Origin: Syncephalis fuscata S228
Taxonomy: Eukaryota; Fungi; Zoopagomycota
Assembly (NCBI GenBank): GCA_025786725.1
Contig: JAHLTZ010000014.1
Span: 310,001-374,000 of the forward strand
Reading direction: 5' to 3'
DNA: 64,000 bases
Position numbers and translations under genes: made by a program. Below the pieces are notes generated by a model. The model saw nothing but the letters and a program-made list of their open reading frames with translations. It did not search any database and was not told the origin of the DNA. Each line of letters opens with the position of its first letter. Positions within the stretch are counted from its first letter, which is position 1. Shown piece by piece: positions 1 through 14,323 of the stretch.

Positions 1-597
1 GAGCTCTACAGCACCAAGGAAATTTGTCCATAATGTTTGAGTCCAGGCCGCCATAGTAAGATTTTCGGACAACGCAAGAGTAGCCAAACCCGCGTTGTTT
101 ATCAGAGTAACCAAAGGAATGTTGAGCTCTTGTAGTCTCGACTCAACCTGTGCCCAGCCATCGGCTATAGTTTCTTCAGTTGATAAATCCATAATAATTG
201 GAATAATACTGCCATGGGAAGTAGTGGTTGCGTCAGCAGTATTTTGGCGGATTAATTCAAAATCCTCTGCTAAAGCGGCGCCGTGCGCCTTCTGCCGCAC
301 ACCTGCCAGTACTGTATAGCCTTGCTGGGCCAATGCCAATGCTGTCTCGCGTCCAATGCCGGTGCTAGTGCCAGTAATAAGCACAGCCGGGTGGTATTGC
401 GGCGTTGGCAGATGTACGGTATATGCGGTTGTCCATCCAATAGTCACTAGTCCTCTCCAGACGATATCATGGATGTATAATAGACCCAGCTGCAAAAAGC
501 GTGCCATAGCAGTAAACACGACCTGAGACCTACGCCATCGATATCTCATATCATCGAGAAACTGTTGAAACTGTTGGTGGCAATCGGCTGAAGTCAT
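1..597 (-). CDS. Short-chain dehydrogenase/reductase (SDR), 5' part; runs off the window
   Basis: Manual translation from ATG 597: MTSADCHQQF...PAVLITGTSTGIGRETALALAQQGYTVLAGVR (TGxxxGxG Rossmann motif)...LINNAGL (NNAG motif). Open to base 1; not in the ORF track because it is truncated. Confidence 0.9.
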   Translation of the reverse strand, partial: MTSADCHQQFQQFLDDMRYRWRRSQVVFTAMARFLQLGLLYIHDIVWRGLVTIGWTTAYTVHLPTPQYHPAVLITGTSTGIGRETALALAQQGYTVLAGVRQKAHGAALAEDFELIRQNTADATTTSHGSIIPIIMDLSTEETIADGWAQVESRLQELNIPLVTLINNAGLATLALSENLTMAAWTQTLWTNFLGAVEL

Positions 598-1149
598 TGT
601 AAAAAGTAAAGATCCAAAACAAGAACTGGCATGGCTCATGCTTTTTTGTAGTTATCACTAGGACTTTGAAATCTGAGCAATAATGGTGGCCGTTTTCAAT
701 TCGCAGAGTCTGCCAAGAATAGTGCCACTCTGCCAGTTTTAGAATATGCTACGATCACGTTGTTATTCTTCCCACTGTGGAACTGCAAACGTAATTCTTT
801 TACGATAATTGATCATTTGTTTTTGCACCACCACATTTATTAGAGATAAATGTACTTGTTATTATAAGTTATCTTAGTATTGGAGTGTCATTAAATTATT
901 AGATTTTATTAGTTTAGCTTTAAGAGAAGTAGCCGAATTATTATGAAAACAAAAATTACAGCTTATTGAAGGCAGCGTATAACAATTTCTGCTTCATGCT
1001 TTGAACGCTGTTTATTGTACAGACAATTCTTAACTGGTTCTGCATAGACATTGTTTGAAATACCAATAGTTTTACAGCACGTGTCATTGCTATGCCTAGA
1101 AGTAATGTCTTGTAAATTCAATAAATACATTCTTTTTGTGTTAACAGTC

Positions 1150-2125
1150 ATAATATCATGTTGAATTCACACATGCACCAATCAGTATAGTCCATAGTTC
1201 AACGAACTATAAATAACTTGCCTATAATATTAAGTATATTTATATAAATATTATTCTAATTAACCAGACTTGCTAATGCATCGGCTCTGTGCGCTGTTTA
1301 ATATGCGTGCATCTACTAAGTGCTAGCTTAGTTGGTAAAAATAATAGCTCCTCTGTTATCACTATTTTTACAGAGTCAATATACATTTTGTCAAACTGTC
1401 GAATTGTGTATCAAAAAATACAGCCTGATATGTACATTTTGTTATATATATATATATTAAATGATAACATTACCATGTCAAAAGTGTAATTGCAAAACAG
1501 GTTGAAGCAGGATTTGGACATCATTCTATTAGATTATTAATATATTGGTATATCCATGCTTTAAATTATTATATGGATGTAATGTTATCGGTTTACATTG
1601 CACATCAATGGTATAATTTATACAACACAACATATTGATATTTCTACAAAAGTATAGAGTTAAATATCCCACAAATTACACACAATTAACTAGCGGTATT
1701 ATTATCCCACTTTAGTTTCTGCTAAATACTCACTACTATCCATTTTATATTATCACACTGCTTTCTAGTCTACTTGTTTGTCTTAACAAATCAATATCAT
1801 CATGGAGCTTTCTATTGTTGTCGTATGTATCACTATTGTGGCTTTGATAGCCGCTACAGCCATGGTGGATGTTAAACTAGCTTTAAACCGTTGCGGTATT
1901 TTGTAACCGCAATAATTAACTATTCATTTAATTAAATACTATCATACTAACAGGTTAACATTGATAGACTGTAAGTGCCCTCGCATACTATTTAAATATG
2001 CGCTAAACATATAATGTACAGCATATATGGCAATAATTTATACTAAAATTTAGTAAGTGAGGTTTTATATTATTGGTTTATATACAGATTATTGGGATAT
2101 ATTAGATATATTTATGAACAGTATT
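1150..2125 (+). repeat. Dispersed cassette copy A (upstream region plus micro-exon peptide gene remnant)
   Basis: Visible homology to 26100-27715 (+) and 33340-35620 (-), e.g. TTGTTTGTCTTAACAAATCAATATCATCATG vs TTTGTTTTCTTAACAAATCAATATCACCATG, and GGTTTACATTGCACATCAATGGTAT vs GGTTTACACTGTACATCAATGGTAT. Boundaries approximate. Confidence 0.8.
1802..2125 (+). pseudogene. Micro-exon secreted-peptide gene, copy A (decayed/truncated)
   Basis: 94-nt exon 1802-1895 (MELSIVVVCITIVALIAATAMVDVKLALNRC+G), then a GT donor. AG|ACT|GTAAGT at 1968-1970. Second unit TTA|GTAAGT (2050-2052) has lost its AG. No clean terminal NN-TAA exon. Confidence 0.7.
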
Positions 2126-2529
2126 AGAAACTTTTGTTTATTATATACATTTCATTGTTTCATATAAATAAATACGCTTTCTATTTTTTAGCTATGTTTA
2201 AATATGAGTATTGGATATTTATGATAACAAATAGTTTATTTAATACGATAAACAAACAACAAATCATCCAATTACTCAATACGAACAATAGTAAACAAAT
2301 AAAAATTCAATCGGATTCGATGGGGATTGAAATCTTTTATTTTAATTGGTGTTTAGTCCATCACATCCAGCTGCTCCGCGTCTATAAGCGCGTCTTCTTT
2401 TCTCGTTTGACATAACAGCAAAGTTTTCGACTTGATCGTCTTTGTTGTTATTATTTTCGTTAGTACGACAGCCGCTTCTGTTGCTAGTTGCGAGGTGACA
2501 GTCAACGATAAACTTATCAACCGGGCATA

Positions 2530-5500
2530 ATGACAATGGCTTCCGCTGAACCGATCGAGGTGGCGGCAAAACTTTTGGATTCCTACTTGGAACGAGATCA
2601 AAAGTTTCCAGAACTTGCAGATCTTATACTTGGTAGGTGGACAGCCTACCGGCAAATACTGAATAGAACGTTTAAGCTTATTGGCAATTGGTTGGAGTTT
2701 AGGTAGTTCGTCATCGAGCTATACAAGTGTGCCTCGTAATCTACCGTTATATCAAAAACATCGGTTTATTGCTTTGCCGGATGCTTTGTTTGAGCAATAC
2801 GATTGTAAGTAATATAGCGAGAATATAGCCAGTTATTACAGATACTGACATATATTACGAACAATTCGCTATGCTAGTATTGCAGTGTCGTAACTTTACC
2901 GGTATATTTCCAGATATTCGCTGTGCCTGGTTTACTCTTGACCATCGCTTATTTATTTGGAACTACGAAAATGGGTATGTCATTTAGCATAAACTATATA
3001 TTACTATATATCAACTGACTATAATCTAACAAATTAAAGCAATGATTTCTATGCATTCGAGGAACAAGAACAGCTAATTGTAAGCGTGGGATTGGTTAAA
3101 CCACGACCAGGTAATTTAGATTGAGTGGTATTTATTAGTTATACTAAACATTTGTTTATATTAAAGGCATTTTCCAAGACACAATTGAACATCTACTTGT
3201 TGTAACGACGGCATTGGAGATATTCTTGCTAGGCATATCAATTGGATCAAATACGCCCACTGGACAGAGTGAAGTCGTATTCTACGTTACAAAGATGTCT
3301 ATCCCATCCGACAATATTATTATGACGGATATTGTAGGCACCAAGAGTGGAAGAATATTCACTTGTGGCAGTGATGGTCATGTATATGAACTTTGTTATG
3401 GCGTAAGTAGCGATAAATACTTGATATACATATATTAAGTATTGTTGTTGTTGTTATTATTATTATTGACTCTAATGTAATATTGAGATAGAATGATGGC
3501 TGGATTACACGTGGATTCCACAAGATTAATCTTACATTGCCAGTATATACTCATTTTGTTCCAACATTTCTGCCTTTCTTTTCAACAACACGTTCAGATC
3601 CAATTGAACATATTGTTTTGGATAATTCACGCCACTTACTTTACGGATTGACTCAAAACAGCAATATTGATGTGTTCAGTCTCGGGCCAGACGGTCAACA
3701 ATTCCATCATGTTTATACATGTACGGAAATACCGCAAGTGGCCGCTTCTTTGTGTCCTTCACTAGCCTATGATACCAAATCATTGCAACTGGTTTCAATT
3801 CATCCTGTAACCATCCTAGAATCATCGACTATTTATCTAATGGGTGTCACGGTTAATGGTGAGTTAATATAAACATACAAAAGAGTTGGCAATGATAGCT
3901 AATGATCTGTTGTACAGGCTGCCGCCTTTACTTTGCTTCTCAGACCCATTATAATCCAGTGAGCATGGGCACTGCTTCTGTATCATATGTGCCAGATGCT
4001 CTACGTCTTGTTCACGTCCGACTTCCTCCCGTTTCGCAGTTTAGTCAATCTGATATTTCGGCAACTGCTGTCGAGTTCCAGTTGGCCTCATTAACTGTGC
4101 ATGCCGCCGATTGTAGCAGCGATGTCTTTCTTGCTTCTCACACTGCATCTAATGACATCGATCAATTGGTGTGCACATCATTGGATGTAGGGGCCATTGG
4201 TAAAAATGCAGCCATTGTAAGTAGATTATAATAGAATTAGTTTAGTAAGTAATATTTACACTAATGATATTTAAACTGTAGAGCTCTTCGATGAAAATGT
4301 CTGAATTACACTCAGTTATTCCAGTAGATGGTAAAACATCGGCTATTGCTGAAATTCATTCCAGTGGTAAATCACTTGATGAATTTGAAGGTGTTGCTAT
4401 GAGAGCACGTAAAAGCAATGAACTTGCTACACAGCTTATTTCTGAACCACGACAATTTATTGTTTTAACAAACGCCGGTGTTAATTTAATCTCTAAAAGC
4501 CGTCCTATCGATCAGCTAAGATGGATTCTAAGTGGATTTGCACCTCAAAGCGCTGAAATGAAACAATTTATCGATATGTATGGTGCCAGCGAGATTTGCA
4601 GTATGTGTTTGATGATTTGCTGTAATACATTCGGCTACGATGGTGGTCGTAAAGACACAGCAATACAAATGGCATCTCGTGTATTCTTTGAAGCAGGTGG
4701 CACGCCACGCTTCCAAGAAACTATTATCGCCGGTGGTGATAATAGCGTGGGACGGGCTCTTTCCTCGCCCACTGTCATTTATAGTGGAAAACATGATGGT
4801 ATTGCACTAGCCATTATACGTCTATTACGTCCGATCTGGCATACTAAATTAATAAGGTAACGTTAATTATGATGATATTTTACTATAGTAACTAACTAAG
4901 CATTATATCAGTCCAAGTAACGATGTAGCCATTCCTGAGTCGATACTTTTACAGATCCAACAAGGACTTGTTTACATTCGCCAATTTATGACTCAGTACG
5001 TCTATAGCCTATGAATGTATAGATATGCTTAGATGGCTAACAATTATTACTAGTAATCTACATGGTATTGAAAAGCCACATTTGGCATTACAAGGTATAA
5101 CCGATATTACTAAACTTAACGCAGAACACCGTGCACTAGAGGTAAGCAGTATAGAATATTAGATAGATTAACTATTATATATTAATTATTATATATATAT
5201 ATATATGTGTGTGTGTGATTTATTAGACGGAACGACAATCTTTACTTGCTATGAAACAATTATTAACTCAAGCCATTGAAGCCATTTCATTTTTACAATT
5301 CCTTCGTCAACGCAAACTTTCTGAAAAAGTGGCACAGTAAGTATATGATAACCATTGTTTTGACTGATTAATATATATATATATGTGTGTGTGTGTGTGT
5401 TATATCCATAGACTTGCACCTAGCAGTAAAAATGATCTAGTAGAGTTGACTTTCAGATCATTGTTAGCTGGCAATCATCGATTGGCATTATGTCAAGAGT

Positions 5501-5952
5501 TAATTTTAACTATTATCGATCAGTCAGGAGGACGCAGTGTAAGTCAACAGCATACATAGATATGTACTATCCATAACTGTAAATCATTTAGTTGGAAAGT
5601 ATTAGCGAAGTGTTACGTGAGCGTTGTCCACACTTTTGCAGTGGCGATAATCTTGTCCTGTTCCAGGTAAGTTATTTAAAGAATTTTTATATTATATTTG
5701 ACATGCTCGTTATGTATATATTACAGGCACAAGAATGTCTAAGACAAGCAAGTATTGCATCAACTGCTGGTGAAATTGAAAAGAATCTTAAAGAAGCGCT
5801 TCGGTAATTGAATACTAATAAGTGGATGTATAGCATTAATAATCTATTACTGTTATATAGATTGTACAACAGTATTCCCAATGTTCCAAGTAAAGCAAAG
5901 ATTATCAAAGTAGCCAATATATTTAAAGAATTTGGATTTTACAACGGTATGT

Positions 5953-5983
<31 letters not shown>

Positions 5984-7754
5984 CGTAGATTACACATATA
6001 TTCATTTTTAATATTTAATTATAGGTGCTGTTGAATTTGCATTGGCATGTGCTGCATTTAATCCAACCTTATCCTTGGAGGCAAATAAAGAACGACGCAG
6101 CGATTGTTATCAAGTGGCTATTGAAGCTTTGTTTGCAGCACAAACTCGATTTGGAAAAGGTTAGTATTTGGCTTAATAATAGCATTAGTAAATTAATAAA
6201 ACATTAGATATCGAGGATTTCTTGTCATTGGTATTATCAAGAGCTTTGGCTTCTAAGGATGAAGCATTCCACTTTGCACTTTATGATTGGTATATGAATC
6301 ATAGATATCTGGATCTTTTTACTCGCGTAAGTAACAAGAGCTTAATGAATATAGCAAGTATTGACACAGCCATTGTATAGATTGACAGCGCCTACATGGA
6401 GACTTATTTGGCACAAGGAGATTCGTTGGAAAAGCTGGATTTGCTATGGCAGTATTATATTCGGCATAATGAGTTCTCAAAGGCATCTCGTCTACAAGAG
6501 CAACTAGCCACTACAACCGAGTAAGTAGAACAATTATTAGTAGCATTAATAATATACTTAACCGCAATCATAGATATGATATATCATTAGATAAACGTGT
6601 TGAATATCTATCTCGATCCATTGCCAATGGCCGTAGTGCACTAGATGGGCGTGATCGCGAGGAATCTGAGCGTTTACGTGAGATTCAAGAAAAGTTGGAG
6701 GTAGTTCATTGTATGAAATAATAACTAAATTAATTAACTAGTTGTATTATAAACTAGGTGGCACAAATTCAAGTATCTTTGGTAAAACAGTTGATAGAAA
6801 TCGGTCAGACTACAGCAGCGCAAGAGTTACAAGGCCAATTAAAGGATTTGAATGATGTAATTACCATATCTAATACTAATTAATTAATAGCTAACTAAAA
6901 TAACCATTATTATTGTTGTTGTTATTATTAGTTATTCCATCACTATGCTAAACGATTTAATCTATTTGAGTGCCAATTAATGATATTTAGTATGGCAGGT
7001 TACAGCGAATCAGGCTCGATTCAAACTATTTGGCGCCGACTATTACAAGAAAGTAAGTTAAATAATATATATACACATATATTAAACTAATGTAACAATA
7101 AATAGTTACCGATGAATATGCAGGTCAAATAAACGTACATTTATTAGTGGCTCGTCGAGTTGGTGAACTGGCCGAAAGGTTTTCACATTATGATTTTGTT
7201 TTTCCATTGGGTAAGTAATATCAACTAGTATTAATAGATGACTTATCGTTTATTAGATGCCATTTGTGATTTTCTTGGTCAGTTGGCCTATTCAAACCGT
7301 CATGATGCATCGTCATCATCCATGACCCCATGGATGGCAGAATCGTTAATTGAAGCACGTATTTCACCTAAATCTATATTTTCAGCCTTTAATCAATTGA
7401 TTGAAGATAAGGTGTGTATTATCCATTTGATACTAATGTTAGTATTAATTGTATTATTATTCTTGGTGTTTAGCCAAATCCATGGCATGAAGCTAGCCGA
7501 CTACGATATCTATTATCCGAAATTTGTACTCTACTAGAACTATGGCTACCTCTAGTCATCTCTGGTCATCAGTAAGTGTCATTAAACAAATTAGATCATT
7601 GTATTAATACGGCATCTGTAATAGATCGGACTTCCCGGCAGCATGGATTGACGAGATGTTGAATCAATATTTACTTACAGTTAATACTTTGCAAGCACCT
7701 CGACTGGCCGATACACTACAACAACTTCAGCGACGTATTCGCACTTTATTTTAA
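2530..7754 (+). CDS. NUP155: Nucleoporin Nup155/Nup157/Nup170 family, ~22 introns
   Basis: Exons give FPDIRCAWFTLDHRLFIWNY, GLVKPRPGIF, GRIFTCGSDGHVYEL, RPIDQLR, YSGKHDGIALAIIRLLRPIW, FHFALYDW, LDKRVEYLSRSIAN; ends RRIRTLF*. Confidence 0.93.
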
Positions 7755-7846
7755 ATTACACATTGGTTTATTGTTAAGAAAGAATGCGAATGAATAATAA
7801 AAGGGAAAGACACAGAGATACAATGAATTCAAAGAAATATATGATA

Positions 7847-10740
7847 TTAAGTTGAGTTGGTCGACGGTCCAATAGCTTTCCCGATAGTATTTCATAAGTC
7901 ATTATAGCTCGAATATGTTTCATGTTTTTTTGACTAAAATCAAATGGTTCTGCACGGCTTGCGTATTCGGCAAATGTGCAGGCAAATACCCACAGTCATA
8001 GCCATTAGCCTGACCTGGAATATCCTATCATATTTATTAGATTAATATAGTGCAATATCAATAGAGCTACTTGCCTTGGCTTCATAATCTTGCCAGCCAC
8101 TTTGATCAAATGAACACTTTTTCTTATCAAGCGATTCTTGTTCGAGATAATCACGTAATAACTAATATAGCATAAATATTAGTCAATTAATCATATTATA
8201 GTAATATATATACTTGCAGTAAAACAACGGCGATTACTACCAAATAATGAGTCATAATATTCAATACGCTTTTTACGAAAGTTAATTATTGCACAGCACC
8301 AATGAACACCCAAATGTACAGGTATAATAAGAAAATCCTTGGAGAAAATGTCCACCTAATTGATGATGGATGAGTATAAGCTATAGATATACGGCTACGG
8401 TTAATTACTTACCCGTTTGGTCCATCGTCGTATTCGGGCGTAACCTGAATCGGCCAGTGTAGAATAGAAAAATGTGTTATAACAATGGATTTTGGGTCTT
8501 TTTTCATCATTAGCCGCTCGTTCCATTAACAATTGTGTATAAAAGTTTATAACCTATTACAATTAGATATCTATATCTATATCTATATCTATATATGTTT
8601 GTCTATATTTATTAGAGTTACCTCGTCGTTTAACCATTGCTTATCACGTAATGTGCGAATATCATTACAGCCAATAACCATATTAAACTTATCAACAATA
8701 GAACCTTTTGCCTCTTGTAATGCCCATTTAACCTATTATTTAATTAATAATTAGAATAGTTAAATATTTATAAACAAATATACAAATTACCTTTTTTTGC
8801 ATTATATCATCTAAAGTGGGGATATTGCTTGGATGCTATAACAATTATTATTATTATTAAATAGTAACCTATTCATCTTGTAATGACTTGCCGGTTCTTT
8901 ATCACGTCGTAGTTTCTCGACCTAATCAATAGTTATTATCTTATAACATAATTGTTCAGTAGATTAATACCTGATCATCTAGATTCGTATCACGAGCGTG
9001 TAGCCGATCAAAGTAAGGCGTAGTAGCTCGAGTGGGTAATGGTGATTTACTAATAAACAATACATGTTATTTAATTGATACCATATATATATATGTATAT
9101 ATGTATATATATTTGAATCTATTTACCTGGCTAGTACATCTTTAATACGCTGTGATATATCGGCACATATTTGTTTATCGGCAGTAATAGACGGTGTTAA
9201 TCGAGGCTATCATTAATAATACACCATTAATAATTGTGTTAAAAGTTAATGCCACTATTACCTTGGGCGTAATCATTAGGGATGATAGTCCTATTGTACT
9301 AGTAGTACTACTAACTGATGCAGATCGAAAAGATCTTGCTGAAAGACTTGGTGATGCTCGTTCATAAATACTAGAATACGGAGATTGTTCTATCAATTAA
9401 ATTTAATTAACTATCACAATATTTGTATATAATAATCACAAACCTCGTTGTCGTGTACTTTCTGCCAATTGAGATGATGTAGAAAATACTTGTTGTGCGT
9501 ATCTTAATAATCCTATTTAATAATTAATTAATTAATTAATAGTTATTACTATATTACCTTCTCTATCAAATCCTGCTTCAAGTAATTCATCTTTGCCTTA
9601 ATATAAAAGTTAGATATTATATCATTTGTCATTATATCTTGTTCTATTATTACCCTTTGATGATTCTACTTGACTAAAAGTCCGCCTTTGTAATTCAATC
9701 ATTTCTGCCAATCCTTGTCGTCGTTTTTGTTCATTCTAATATATATATATGTATATGTATGTATGTATGAATTAGTATAATTTAATATAATTAAATCAAT
9801 TTAAAAATAACTACCTGGCGATGAAATAAACCTTTACGCTTTGGTCCTCGTAATAATGGCGTTTTACTTATTCTACCTTGACTTGTAGTACTACTGTTCA
9901 TACCAGTACGATCACTATAAGCACTTTTAAACCATCTTGTATGATGTTGTGGCAGAGTAGATGTTTCAATAGGTCGTTTATATTGATCTATCGGTGTCTT
10001 AAGTGACGATGAGGCCATTGGTAACGATGTTGTGTTCATTGTAGATCGAGATCCATGTGATCGTGTCAACAAGGTATCATTCAATTCATAGGCCTTACGC
10101 TTAATAGTCGGTATATTTGTTGCAGTATTTAATATCGGTGTATTCACTATGAAATATATACATATAATAAATCAATCAATCGATCAATCATATTGTATTA
10201 TATTATTGTATTGGTTATTATTCCGTTCTATTTTATATGTAATAATAACAGGGGTAGAAATACCTAAATATCGATCCGGTAACTTTGTCTTTTCAATAGA
10301 GCGGAATAATGGACGTACAGTATTCTGACTATTACTGGCTTCTATAGGCTGTAGTTGAGCTTTTGTCAAGTCACGATCACTAGTGGTATATAAGCCTTTA
10401 GACGAGAGTGGTTTACTTTTAAGCGGTAATGATTCCTGATTCGTACTAGACTCTGACGCTGTCTCTATCTCTTCTAGCGACCAGTTGTCTTATTTGGCAT
10501 TGTACTAAATAGCGTGTAGTGTCTGTCGCTACTAGCGCTGTTATGGTCACGGCGGCGATGTAGTGACGTATTATCGGTTGGGCCACCACGATTTGGTGGT
10601 GACCCTGGAAAGGCAAATTCACGTAGAAAAGTAAATAGCGAACTTGAATCTGACGTCTCTTCACGAACAATCTCGTCAGATGACGATGATCGCCCCGTAT
10701 GTCGCCGTTCTAGCGATAAACGATTACGCGACTGACTCAT
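7847..10740 (-). CDS. ULP1: Ulp1/SENP-type SUMO protease (peptidase C48), multi-exon
   Basis: [50 protein letters not shown] (His/Asp/Cys triad). Probable 1-bp errors near 10490 and 7868; as assembled the stop is at 7774. Confidence 0.9.
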
Positions 10741-10952
10741 TCGTGTTCGTGTTGACAATATTAATAGGAATTCAGTAGAGCAAATGAGAATAGAGTGGTT
10801 GAATAACAAACAACCGTGTTGTTATTGTATTGACTCTATGGTTGGTGGTTTAGAAACCAATCTGGTCTCTTTTTCTACCACATTGGTTTTTCTTTTTCTT
10901 TTCTTGATTTTAAACTGACGAATCTACATAAATCTTGAAACTATATGCTACA

Positions 10953-12437
10953 ATGGAGAATCAACTGGCTGAGGTAAATATACGCAAGCTAAGCTAGTAT
11001 GACTAATAAGACGCAATTGATATAGTTAATAGAATTTCTACACGATCCTAAGCCTGAGGTATAGTGTTTTATGTACTGGGAGTGACTATTAACCGCTTAG
11101 TCGTCTATTATAGGTTCGCCAACTGGCTATTCATCATATAGTCGGTTTTACTGGTGCTAGTGCCAATTGTTTAGGCTTTTTTAAAACTAACGCCAAAAAG
11201 ATCATACCCGATATGATGGCACTATGTGAAGATGATCCGGTAAGTAGCGCGATATCTCTATGCAGTATCTATGCATACACGAGTATACTAATGCAGTTAA
11301 ATTAAGGCCACTGCGCATGAATCATTGACCTCTCTTATCAATCTATCTGGTGATGAAATGCTACGCCATTATATGAATGATGCGGACTTTTTAAATCGAC
11401 TAGTAAAGATTATTACAGTATGTAAAGTATTATAGATGATAGAATTCATAGCCATACTAAACCACTATAAATGTATTATAATAAACAACTATTTAGTCGT
11501 CAGATAATGTACTAGCCGACCATGCCTGTATGTTATTGTCGAATTTGACAAAGGAAAAGACAATTGCTGTCAAGTTAATTGCTGCGGCTGTTCCTTCAGT
11601 TGAAACACTATCTGACAAATCTACCCGTGCTCTTACTCAATTACTTGAAGTATTTGTTCGTGGCAGTAATAAGATGTACAACAAGAATGCCGATTATCAT
11701 TATTTAGCAAGTGTATTCGCCAATATTACCCTCGTCAGTGATGGTAGATCCTACTTTTTTGAAGATGAAGAACAAGATGGTATGTTGCCTATTGCTAAAC
11801 TCATCTGTTTTACGGAACATCCAGCGGTTATTCGACGAGGTGGTGTTATTGTCACATTAAAGTAGGTAGTCAATTAACTATTAAACTATCATTTATTAAT
11901 TCATTATTTACAATAGAAATTGTTGTTTTGATACGGATAAACATACTATTCTATTATCTGATGAATTGGGTTTATTATCACAAATCTTGTTACCATTATG
12001 TGGACCTGAAGAATTCGATGATGATGCAAGTGTTATAAATAATACAATTAATCATCATCTTATAATGTTATTTAGGATATGGAAGGTATGCCGGATGATT
12101 TACAATATTACCAGATGACAAGGTATTTATTAATTAATAATACGTATATTATTTAATTAATACACCAATTAAATAGAAACGGGAAGCGGATGACCATTTG
12201 CGTATTACACTACTCGAAACACTCGTACTACTTACAGCGACACGATCTGGACGTGAAATGATGCGAGAACGCAAGGTTTATCCAGTTATTAGAAATCTAC
12301 ATAAAGTTGAGGCCAATGAAGATGCTCATGATGCCATTGACCGTATTGTCCAAATGATTATGCGCGATGAATCAAAGGAGCAAGAAACGAATGATACCAC
12401 CACAGAGGATAAAGAGACACTAATTACTGAAGTCTAG
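10953..12437 (+). CDS. HGH1: HGH1 (eEF2 chaperone, armadillo-like)
   Basis: MENQLAELIEFLHDPKPEVRQLA, YHYLASVFANIT, IRRGGVIVTLKNCCF, LLPLCGPEEF, LLETLVLLTATRSGREMMRERKVYPVIR. Probable 1-bp deletion near 12105. Confidence 0.92.
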
Positions 12438-12534
12438 TAACGATAAGAATGATAGCCAGAGTAGGATAATAAATGCGATTTATAACAAAACATATCAATG
12501 ACTGATATAGGATGTACTAAGCATATAAAGATAA

Positions 12535-13873
12535 CTAAGATGATTGTTGTAGATAGGGTTGGAGTAGGGCAAGGGCCTGTTGTAAATGGGTAACGGCCGT
12601 TGAAATATCCTCGTATTGTAGGGCACTTACAGCAAATTTGGCATGTTTTTGTGTAGCTGTAATAACTTTATGATCTGGTACTACATTCACCGTATTTGAA
12701 ACTACTTGTGCTGGTATAGTTGTAGTGGAAGCCATCGTAGTTATCGCTACATTGGCTATACTACTCTGACTAGTTGTTGTTGTTGTTGTTGTATTGATAG
12801 AACTTGATGTTGTTGGCATTGACAATGTTGGTGAGGTAGTCCATTCAGTAGATGGATCTACTGGACTTGTAGCATGTATAGAAGTAGTATCCGATAGATC
12901 ACTAGTAATGCCTATAGTTGTAGATTCTGTATCAATGGTATAAGAACCTTGCCAGCCTTCTTGTTCACTATTTGATGTTGTGGTAGTAATACCTGCTGCA
13001 GGTGTTAAAGGAGTTACCGTAATACTAAATACATTAATTAATTAATTGTACATTATTGTTATTAATAATCATCAATTACCTATCACTTTGAATGTCGTCA
13101 TTTATTTCATCTAATGTTACTGGTGGTTTTACGGGTTGTCCACTTTTAACAGCTTTAAGAATTTCCAATGCTCTCCATTTAGCATATTTAATCTTTTGGG
13201 AGATCTGATTTATATAAATATAATATAAATATAATTATAATTATTATAATAAACACTTACATCATCATCTAAATCACCAAATGTTGTACATGTTTCTAAA
13301 AATATAGCTGCTGCTTGATATGATCGTGCCGTATTTCTATAATATATAGTATATAGTATATATATATATATTGTATATATATTATAAGTATAAATAATAA
13401 ACAATCTATACTACTTACATGCCAGCTTTACCTGCACGATCTTCGTCATCAGCTCGTTTGAATATATTCAAGGCAAATTGTTCAACATAAGCTTTAGATA
13501 CAATCTTATTTTCAAGTGCTTCATGTCCAGCTAGTCCTGCTTTCTCCTATTTATACGCAGTATTTATAGTTAGTGTATAGTACTAGTACCTTATACCAGT
13601 ACTTACTTGTTCTAAACGACCCATTAAATCCATAAGGAATGCCCGACTATCGGCAGTTGTGACGCCTTTCTCAACGGCAAGCTGGGCCGCATACACATTA
13701 CCTATGCCGAGTAGCCAATACTAACCGTCAGTAGTACTCGTAATAAAAGCAGTAGTAGCTACAGCACACTTACAAAAGTAGGCAATCGCCGGATCATGCG
13801 CTTGCATCTCATTGCCTTTTATGAGAAAAGGAGCAATTAGTTTGAGATCAGTAGGGATTGACAGTGATGACAT
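12535..13873 (-). CDS. VTA1: Vta1/LIP5, ESCRT Vps4 cofactor
   Basis: N-terminal MIT part (IAPFLIKGNEMQAHDPAIAYFC, EQFALNIFKRADDEDRAG, KYAKWRA) and C-terminal VSL motif QKHAKFAVSALQYEDISTAV. Confidence 0.93.
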
Positions 13874-14323
13874 ATTGCTGGCGTGTATAGATGTCTCACT
13901 ATAGAAAAGGAATAAAGAAGAAAAAGTCGGTTGAAAACGGTAGAAAGAAGGTGCTTTGGGTCAAAGAAGCAGTAATAACCATAAATAACCATAAAGCCGT
14001 AAGAATGACAGGATTGATACGTACAGACTGGGTTTTTTGTGTTTCAATTGTTGTGTGACGTCGACAGGGTAAATCTAATAGTACACTATTTAGAAATAGA
14101 CCATTGATAAGGATATGAGTAATACTCATTACATAAATAGCCTTATTGTGTTTCTTATATTTATATATATTTATATATTACATCAATTACAACAAACATT
14201 GATTAGTATAGCTATTCTTTTTGATCAATTAACTACTCTCTCTTTCTCTCCTTCTTTCTTCTTCTACTTCTTCTTCTACTTCTACTTCTCGTAACAATAT
14301 CGTTTATTTTGTAGAATAGCACT

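Noticed and set aside
7774-7870. Hydrophobic tail-anchor-like C-terminus on ULP1 (...IIYFFEFIVSLCLSLLLFIRILS*)
   Set aside because: One added C (GAC[C]CG) gives an ordinary ...LLDPSTNST* ending at 7847; likely the same deletion artefact reading into a T-rich UTR.
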